Shown piece after piece: positions 19,858 to 26,829 of a stretch of 26,829 bases of DNA (position 1 is the stretch's first letter; each line of letters opens with the position of its first letter). The stretch covers positions 1 to 26,829 of the forward strand of contig JAFGOA010000178.1 in assembly GCA_016926735.1 (NCBI GenBank), given 5' to 3'. Origin of the DNA: Promethearchaeota archaeon. GTDB taxonomy: Archaea > Asgardarchaeota > Lokiarchaeia > Sigyniarchaeales > SOKP01. Below the pieces are notes generated by a model, which did no database searches, was not told where the DNA came from, and worked only from the letters and a program-made list of their open reading frames with translations. The position numbers and the translations under genes are program-made.

Positions 19858-21123
19858 TTATAGATATTCATTTTTTATTTGAGATAAAACAACAGAAGTT
19901 ATTATTATTATTCCCAGTAAAAAATAAATTGCATCGAAGTTCCATGTTAGAATTAAAGCAAACAACGGATAGAATAACGCATGTAGAATACTTCCAAACA
20001 TATTTATTGTACTTAAGACTGTAGCTCTATTGTCTGTTTCTATTTGAGAATTTATCCCTTTAATAAATAACATATTTCTAGAAAGCCCAAGTCCTGAAAT
20101 GAGGATAATTAATAGTAAAACTCCTGGAAGCAATCTCATAAAACCTAATACTATCAATAAAGTACCTATCGTAAAGGTATAGCTTTTCGTAAAGGCACTT
20201 TTTTTTTTTAGTTTCATATCTAAATATGATAGTAATTTTGTAAATATTACCTGTGAAATTGTCATTATTAAAGCGATAATTCCAAAATAGCCAATAGGAA
20301 CATGAAACCGAGTTAAATGAGGTTGATACATCCAAATCATAAAAAATACAAGCGACTCTATTAGTATCAATTCAAAACCAAGGATTTTCAATTTTTTATT
20401 TTTCTTAAGTTCGATTAATCCAGATTTAACGATTTTATAATAATTTTCTTTTTCCTCTTTTCTTAACTCACCATTTGGTTCTTTAATTATTATTGCTATC
20501 AGAGTAGCAAAAATTAATGGAATCATAGTTAAACGCATTGTCATTTGAAGAGAAATAAATTCTGCAACAATAGATCCAATGGGTGCTGATACACCTACAC
20601 CAATTAATCTAAAAGATTGAATATTACCCATTTTCTTTGAAATTTCATCCTTTTTGCCTATTTTTCTTAAAGTATCATATAAAAGTGCCTGATCTGTACC
20701 TGATATCGAAGCCATTGAAAATGCAAAAAATGTTTCTCCAATGAGAAAAACAATTATGCTAGGATATGAGGAATAAATTATCGCTGCACAAGCTCCTGAC
20801 AAACCTCCAATTACTAATGAGAATTTTCGCGAAGTATGATCTGCAATTGCTCCACAAGGAATCTCAAAAACCAATACCATTATCATGAAATAACTTTGGA
20901 TGCACATAGCCTCGAAAAAACTAATTTTACCCCATTCTGTAAAGAAAGGAACTAGTACTCCGGTTATCATGAAGAAATTAGCAAATAATTGATATAAATT
21001 TAATTTCCATATATTAGATTTCCATTCCTTTTGTTCCATCTGTGCAGTAACTTCTTGACTTTTTTGTGGGTTACCTATAAGATTTATTGCTTTATCTTTA
21101 TTTTTATTCTTATTCTTATCCAT
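19858..21123 (-). CDS. MFS transporter
   Basis: About 12 hydrophobic segments; FEIPCGAIADHTSRK (MFS motif A region), SGTDQALLYD, RATVLS. Confidence 0.9.
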   Translation of the reverse strand: MDKNKNKNKDKAINLIGNPQKSQEVTAQMEQKEWKSNIWKLNLYQLFANFFMITGVLVPFFTEWGKISFFEAMCIQSYFMIMVLVFEIPCGAIADHTSRKFSLVIGGLSGACAAIIYSSYPSIIVFLIGETFFAFSMASISGTDQALLYDTLRKIGKKDEISKKMGNIQSFRLIGVGVSAPIGSIVAEFISLQMTMRLTMIPLIFATLIAIIIKEPNGELRKEEKENYYKIVKSGLIELKKNKKLKILGFELILIESLVFFMIWMYQPHLTRFHVPIGYFGIIALIMTISQVIFTKLLSYLDMKLKKKSAFTKSYTFTIGTLLIVLGFMRLLPGVLLLIILISGLGLSRNMLFIKGINSQIETDNRATVLSTINMFGSILHALFYPLFALILTWNFDAIYFLLGIIIITSVVLSQIKNEYL

Positions 21124-21746
21124 AATTTTCTATCTCTACATTTAATTTTGATATTTATATTCTCTAATTACAATAGCAAATGTTTATAGATTGAGCATTT
21201 TCATAGGTAATCATCTTTAAAAAAAAATATCATTGAATTATAATTTATAAAAAAGCTAAATCAGAATAGTAATAAAGTGAAAACCTTGAGCTATTATTAG
21301 ATGCTAATCTAATTTAAATAATAATAAACTCTTTTAAAAAAAATACATGTGTAAAAATGGGACTATCTATAATACAACAATCAGAAGTTTTTCTTGATAA
21401 TCCTATTGTACTTAAATTCATAAATATCAAATTTAATTTTATATTTTTTTAAATATAATATTATTTTTAAATCTATGTAGAATTTAATGCTATTAAGGGG
21501 AAAGAAATGGGATAAAAAGATCTTTTATATAAATTAAATCTCCTCTTAGCAAAAAAAAAATCAATACTAAAATTGAAACGAATAAAATAGAGGTTACTAT
21601 CTGTTTTCTAAAAAAATGAATAATAATAATGATTAAAATTAATAAACAATATTAATTGTTAAAAGTAATTAATTTTGAATATTTGAAATAAATAAAAAAA
21701 TAAATCTCATGTTTCATGGAGGTTCAATAATACTAGGGAGTTTAAA

Positions 21747-23699
21747 ATGTCTGAAAAACAGACCAATGAATTAAAGATTGCGGTTTTTGTGTGTCGTTGA
21801 GGGATTAACATAGCAGGTATATTAGATATTCCAAGAATTGTTTCAGAAATCGATAATTTACCAAATGTGTGGGCTTATGAGTATTTATCAATGTGTACTG
21901 AAGGTGGTTCAGCATATATAAAAGAACAACATGAGGAAAAACATTTCGATCGTATTGTTATAGCAGCATGTACACCTAAAACTCACCAACCAGTATTTCA
22001 TGCAATATTACATGAATTAGGTCTTCCTCCTAGATATTTAGAATTTGTAAATATTAGAGAACATTGTAGTTTTGTACATCAACAACAGAAAGAACAAGCC
22101 ACTGAAAAATCTATTGATTTAATTAAAGCAGGAATTGCAAGATCTCGTTTATTAGAGAATATAGCAACAAAAACTGTTCCTGTAAATCCTGTTGTATTAG
22201 TAATTGGAGGTGGTATTGCGGGTCTTTCAGCAGCTATAGATTTAGCTAATGCTGGTATTAAAGTTCATTTAGTCGAAAAAAATTCTACTATTGGAGGGCG
22301 TATGTCGCAGCTAGATAGAACATTTCCTACAGATGATTGTTCAATTTGAATATTGGGCCCAAAAATGCTCGAAGCTAATCGTCATAAAAACATTAATATT
22401 CTTAGTTATAGTGAAGTTGTCGATGTTGATGGCTATATTGGAAATTTTAAAGTAAAGGTAAATCGTAAAGCTCGATTTGTTGATGAAAACAAGTGTACTG
22501 GATGTGGTTCATGTACAGATGTATGTCCTATTTACGTTCCAAATTATTTTGATGAAAATCTTTCTGCAAGAAAAGTTATTGACAAAGCATTCGCACAAGC
22601 AGTTCCAGCAATACAAGATATTGTAAGAGAGTCTTGTGTAGAGTGTTTTGCTTGTGTTGATACGTGTGAGAATGATGCTATTGATTTTAGTCAACAAGAT
22701 CAAATAATTGAAATAGATGTGGGAACAATAATTATTGCTACTGGGTGGGACCTTTATAAAGGTGATGATTATGGATATGGGATATATGAGAATGTGATTA
22801 ATCAAATTGAACTTGAACGAATTATCGCTCCTAATGGTCCAACATATGGTCATTTGAAGAGACCATCTGATAGAAAGCGACCTACTAAAATATTGTTTAT
22901 AAATTGTGTTGGTTCAAGAGATGTCAAGAAAAATGCTTATTGCAGTGTTGTATGCTGTAATTTATCATTAAAAAATTCGAAACTTATTAAATCAGAATAT
23001 CCAGATTCGGAAATTATATGTACTTATATTGATATGAGATGTGCTGGAAAGGATTATGAAGAATATTATAGGAGATCTAGAGATGCTGGAATAATTTTTA
23101 TTAAAGGATTAGTTGGAAGTATTCAAGAAGATTCTTTAACTAAAAATTTGATTGTTAATTTTGAACCAGTAGGAACGGATACAATCCTTAATATGGAATT
23201 TCATATGGTCGTTTTATCTTCGGCCTCTTTACCATCTCAAGGTACAATTGAAATTGCTAAAGTACTCAAGATGGAAAGAAGTCCTGATGGATTCTTAAAA
23301 GAATTCCATGCTAGACTTGATCCTATTAGTACTAAAGTACCCGGTATATACATATGTGGTTCAGCTCAAGGCCAAAAAGAAATAGATAAGGCTGTAAGTC
23401 AAGCAAAAGGAGCAGCATCTTCAGCTTCTATTCCTATGAATAAAGGAGAATATACTATGGAATTAATTCGAGCTACACCTACTGATGAGCGTTGTGCAAA
23501 ATGTTATAAATGCATTGAAACATGTCCTTATTCAGCAATTTCTGTTAATCAAAAAGGAAATTTAGTTGTTGATATAATAAAATGTCGAGGTTGCGGTACT
23601 TGTACAGCAAGCTGTCCTTCAAAGGCTATAGAATTAACATACTATAGAGATGATCAATATATGGCATATATTGATGAATTACTTCCAATTAATGATTAA
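21747..23699 (+). CDS. hdrA: Heterodisulfide reductase subunit A (flavin-bifurcating), selenoprotein with 2 Sec (650 aa)
   Basis: ATG 21747 follows AGGGAG. Reads IAVFVCR-TGA(21798-21800)-GINIAG (family VFVCHCGxNI) and RTFPTDDCSI-TGA(22347-22349)-ILGPKM (family FPTxDCxxCILxPKM). One frame joins ORFs 21867..22349 and 22353..23699. Also VIGGGIAG, CVGSRD, YCSVVCC and four ferredoxin motifs. Confidence 0.93.
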
Positions 23700-23715
23700 A
23701 GGAGAAAAAAAAAAA

Positions 23716-24147
23716 ATGACTGATAATAACGAAATAAAGATCATTGCTTTCTTATGTTGGAAATGAGGTTATGGTGCTGGAGATATGGCGGGAACAATTC
23801 GTGCACAATATCCTCCATCTCTGCGAGTAATATTAGTTCCTTGTACAGGTAGAGTTGATTCTGATCTTGTTATGAGGACTTTTGGTAGAGGTGCTGATGG
23901 CGTCTTAGTTATTGGATGATATCCACATGAATGTGACTATGAAACGGGTAATTACTCTGCATTTCGAGAAATTGAATATATTAAAGAAATTCTAAGAGCT
24001 GCTGGTATTGATGAAAAAAGAATAAAGATGGAGTTCTGTAGTGCTGCTGAAGGTCAGAAATTTCAAAGGGTAGTAATAGAATTTGATAAAGAAATCAGAG
24101 AGCTAGGCCCAAATCCAATAAAAATTGATACACAAATAAAAAAATAA
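23716..24147 (+). CDS. mvhD: MvhD/VhuD-type [2Fe-2S] hydrogenase delta subunit, selenoprotein with 2 Sec (143 aa); absent from the ORF track
   Basis: MTDNNEIKIIAFLCWK-U(23764-23766)-GYGAGDMAG...VPCTGRVD...GADGVLVIG-U(23917-23919)-YPHECDYETGN...FCSAAEG...LGPNP. Both TGAs sit at conserved Cys positions (CxxC.Y and GCxxxxCxY). GGAG SD at 23701. Confidence 0.93.
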
Positions 24148-24152
24148 ATGTG

Positions 24153-24198
24153 TTCTCTAATGAAATAAGATTAAAAAATTTAGAATCTTATTGAAGAA
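24153..24198 (+). promoter_or_regulatory. SECIS element, eukaryote-like (AUGA/GA core, A-rich apical loop), in the 3' UTR of hdrA-mvhD
   Basis: TTCT(24153-56)..ATGA(24160-63)-AATAAGATT(24164-72)-loop AAAAAATTTAG-AATCTTATT(24184-92)-GA(24193-94)-AGAA(24195-98). This gives a perfect 9-bp upper stem on tandem GA pairs and a short lower stem. Confidence 0.8.
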
Positions 24199-24229
24199 AT
24201 GGTAGCACCATTACAATCACATTAAAAAT

Positions 24230-24258
24230 AAATATTCATAGATTATTTATGAATATTT
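24230..24258. repeat. Perfect 11-bp inverted repeat (hairpin) downstream of the SECIS
   Basis: AAATATTCATA(24230-40)-GATTATT-TATGAATATTT(24248-58). Confidence 0.6.
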
Positions 24259-24310
24259 TAAGACGAATTAATGAATTTTAAAAAATACTATATTAAATTA
24301 TAAAAAAAAT

Positions 24311-25462
24311 TTGAGTTGTAAGGTTGTGGAATTAAAAGCAGAATATCTAATTAAAGAAAAAGATTTTCCTAAATTACTCAATACTTTATTAAAAGAAAAA
24401 TTTGTTGATAAGATCATTGGTGCTAAAACAAAAGTTGATAAAAAATCAGGGGCAGTGGATAGATTTACTATTTCTCCAGAATTATGGGATAACCCTAAAC
24501 AATCAGAAAATTTGCCATTAACCAATCTTATCGCTTATGGTTATGCAAGAACAGACTCCGCTGGAAAATTTTTGCATAAATCGGTTGATGGAGCTAAAAA
24601 AGAGAAAATAGGTCTTATAGCTAGACCATGTGACACTCGAGCATTAATTGAATTAGCTAAAATTAAACAAGTTAATTTGGATAATCTTTTTATTATAGCG
24701 CTTGAAGATCGTGGAATGGTTTTAAATATATCGAAAGAAATTAAAAAAGATAAAAATATCGATCCATCAAAAATCATAAAAGAAAAGATAGAAGATAATA
24801 AAATAGTCTTTTTATTCAAAGATGGAAAGACTAAAGAAATTAAAATTAATGTTGCAGATAATTGTACAAGATGTATCAGAAAAACTCCAGTTATTGCAGA
24901 TATTACAATTAGTGATGTAGGATTATCTATTGAATCGGAAGATCTTATTCTAAAAATTTATTCTGAAAATGGAAGTAAATTGATAGAAAAGTCAGATTTG
25001 AAATTTAATAAACTAGATAATAAAATAAAAGTAATTCATGAGGAGAAACTAAAGGAAATTTTAAAACAATCAAAAGAAAAGAGATCCAAGGACTTAAAAG
25101 AATGGCAAGAATTATCTCAAAAAGAAAAACTCGACAGATTAAACAAATGTACGATGTGTGGAATGTGTATAAATAGTTGTCCGGTATGTTTTTGTATTGA
25201 TTGCATACTACAAAAGAAGAGAAAGGCAAAAAACATAGATAAAATAACTTATCAGCTCACCCGTATAGCTCATGATGCTGATCGGTGTGTTGAGTGTGGA
25301 AATTGTGATAATAACTGCCCAATGCATTTACCTTTATCTTTATACTTCCAATCTCTAAACGATGCTTTTAAAGAAAAGTTCAAATATTCATCAGGAGAAT
25401 CTGTTGATGATATTCCATTTAGGAGCGCAAATGCAATCAAGGAAATGGAACTAGAAAGATAG
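24311..25462 (+). CDS. FdhB/FrhB-family (F420-dependent dehydrogenase beta-like) Fe-S protein with C-terminal 2x[4Fe-4S]
   Basis: KIGLIARPCDTRALIELAKIKQVNLDNL, NCTRC...ADITI, CTMCGMCINSCPVCFCIDC and RIAHDADRCVECGNCDNNCP. Start uncertain (TTG 24311 or GTG 24326). Confidence 0.82.
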   Translation: MSCKVVELKAEYLIKEKDFPKLLNTLLKEKFVDKIIGAKTKVDKKSGAVDRFTISPELWDNPKQSENLPLTNLIAYGYARTDSAGKFLHKSVDGAKKEKIGLIARPCDTRALIELAKIKQVNLDNLFIIALEDRGMVLNISKEIKKDKNIDPSKIIKEKIEDNKIVFLFKDGKTKEIKINVADNCTRCIRKTPVIADITISDVGLSIESEDLILKIYSENGSKLIEKSDLKFNKLDNKIKVIHEEKLKEILKQSKEKRSKDLKEWQELSQKEKLDRLNKCTMCGMCINSCPVCFCIDCILQKKRKAKNIDKITYQLTRIAHDADRCVECGNCDNNCPMHLPLSLYFQSLNDAFKEKFKYSSGESVDDIPFRSANAIKEMELER

Positions 25463-25667
25463 TTCTTTTTATTTTTAATTTTTACATACTTATATATTTA
25501 TTATCATAATTTTTTCTATATTATCCTTGTTTGAGTGGAAATATATGGATTTTAACAATAATTACATAAAAATTCATAATAAGAAGGATACTTTAATTTT
25601 TTTATATTTTCTATGATTTATAACAGAAAACCTTTTTAGAATCTTTAATCTAAGAAGAAGATATATT

Positions 25668-26489
25668 ATGAAGATGATAAATGAAACTGCTATAATCACA
25701 GGTTCAACTAGCGGAATTGGAAAGAAAATAGCTGAAATCTTTCTTAAAGAAGGATGTAAAGTTGCTATTTGTTCAAGAAATAAAGATAATGTAGACAGAA
25801 CTCTTTCTGAATTTCAAGAAAAATTTGGGGAATCTGTTATTGGAGATGTTTGTGATGTATCAAAATCCGCAGAATTAAAAACGTTTGTAAAGAAGACTAT
25901 AGATATTTTTGGTTCAATAAGAATTTTAGTTGCAAATGCAGGATTAAGTCTTTCATATGGTCCATTTCATTATTTATCATTAGAAAAAGTAAATAATGAA
26001 GCTAAAAAAATAATGGAAACAAATCTAATAGGAACAATAAATTCAATATCTTCAGTTTTACCTTATATGAAAGCACAAAAATACGGGCGAATAATTACCT
26101 TATCAGGAGGAGGAGCTGAACGTCCTTTAGAAAATATGACCATCTATTCTGCATCTAAAGGAGGAATATTAGCTTTTACTCGATGTTTATCAAAGGAGTT
26201 GGAAAATGAAAATGAAGATATAAAGATCAATATTTTTAATCCAGGTATGACTAAAACAAATCTATTAGATTCATCAAAAGTTATTAAAGAATGGAAAAGT
26301 GAGATTAATTTTAGTAAAGAACTAGAACTAATAATTAAATATGTAGCTTCGGATATTAATAAGAGTTGTAAAAAAGTAATTCCTTATGTTCTTCCTACAT
26401 GTAATAAAAATGGAAAATCTTTTCGAGGTTTTTCAATCATTAATATGATTAAGGGATTTAGAAAAATAAAAAAACAAGGAAAAAATTAG
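25668..26489 (+). CDS. SDR family NAD(P)-dependent oxidoreductase
   Basis: TGSTSGIG, VANAG, catalytic YSASK, NPGMTKT. Confidence 0.93.
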   Translation: MKMINETAIITGSTSGIGKKIAEIFLKEGCKVAICSRNKDNVDRTLSEFQEKFGESVIGDVCDVSKSAELKTFVKKTIDIFGSIRILVANAGLSLSYGPFHYLSLEKVNNEAKKIMETNLIGTINSISSVLPYMKAQKYGRIITLSGGGAERPLENMTIYSASKGGILAFTRCLSKELENENEDIKINIFNPGMTKTNLLDSSKVIKEWKSEINFSKELELIIKYVASDINKSCKKVIPYVLPTCNKNGKSFRGFSIINMIKGFRKIKKQGKN

Positions 26490-26611
26490 GATTATTATTC
26501 ATTTCTTAATATTCTAAATTTTAAATACCAAATATTTTCTTAAAATTATAATAAAAGCTTTTAACTTTTTATTTATTTCTTGAATTATAAAAAAAAAAAA
26601 ATCACATATAA

Positions 26612-26829
26612 ATGTCACTTCCTATTAAAAAAGCAATAGAAATAGATGATAATACTACACATTATATCCATAAAATGCTAAATCATGAAATGATATTAAA
26701 ATATGAAGATAATAAATGTGTAGAATGCTCTTTTTGTCATTATGTATGCCCAGTAACAGTAAGTATCTACAATGAAGTATATAAGAAAACTGCAATTGGT
26801 ACCCCAGAAGAAATGGGTATAGATTCAGA
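26612..26829 (+). CDS. 4Fe-4S (poly)ferredoxin-like protein, truncated by the window end
   Basis: MSLPIKK...KYEDNKCVECSFCHYVCPV...; the frame is open to the window edge. Confidence 0.7.
   Translation, partial: MSLPIKKAIEIDDNTTHYIHKMLNHEMILKYEDNKCVECSFCHYVCPVTVSIYNEVYKKTAIGTPEEMGIDS

Noticed and set aside
21629-21679. AT-rich hairpin with ATGA...GA upstream of hdrA as a 5' SECIS
   Set aside because: Two extra bases separate ATGA from the AAAATTAAT/ATTAATTTT stem, the interior is long and irregular, and the stem is pure A/T in a very AT-rich spacer. It is probably chance, though worth including in a covariance scan.
21867-23699. Two separate ORFs (160 aa and 448 aa), or an hdrA pseudogene
   Set aside because: They share a frame, the interrupting codons are TGA at conserved Cys sites, mvhD shows the same pattern and a SECIS-like hairpin follows. 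One selenoprotein explains this better.
21798-23919. UGA=Trp/Gly alternative genetic code
   Set aside because: All four internal TGAs align to Cys and occur only in two known selenoprotein families. Other long genes have no internal TGA and use TGG for Trp.
3039-25229. Short ORFs 3039..3227, 4308..4568, 4693..4926, 7152..7337, 7601..7846, 12842..13051, 16266..16451, 19574..19768, 20078..20335, 22509..22853, 24298..24525, 24541..24819, 25005..25229
   Set aside because: Antisense shadows of well-supported genes (4693..4926 shadows the PNPOx-like pseudogene), with no recognisable motifs.
1-26829. CRISPR array, tRNA/rRNA, IS element or prophage
   Set aside because: No regularly spaced repeats, GC-rich structured RNA segments, transposase, integrase or virion genes were seen by eye.

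Overview
AT-rich archaeal window, most consistent with an Asgard (Lokiarchaeia-like) genome: it has a Rab-like small GTPase, tungsten AOR, F420-linked FrhB/FdhB-type subunits and a eukaryote-type SECIS hairpin. The ORF track misses the main signal. hdrA (21747-23699) and mvhD/vhuD (23716-24147) each contain two in-frame TGA codons at conserved Cys positions. A single AUGA/GA-core SECIS-like hairpin follows at 24153-24198, so one element apparently serves four selenocysteine codons in two cistrons. Other points of note: a LAGLIDADG intein inserted immediately before the catalytic Cys of a DUF4332-transglutaminase-like protein; two adjacent membrane-anchored transglutaminase paralogs; a Rab-like gene with no ATG/GTG/TTG start before its P-loop; a MOT-type molybdate/tungstate transporter split by one TAG; and an unlisted PNPOx-like pseudogene. 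All family calls come from motif recognition by eye, with no database searches.
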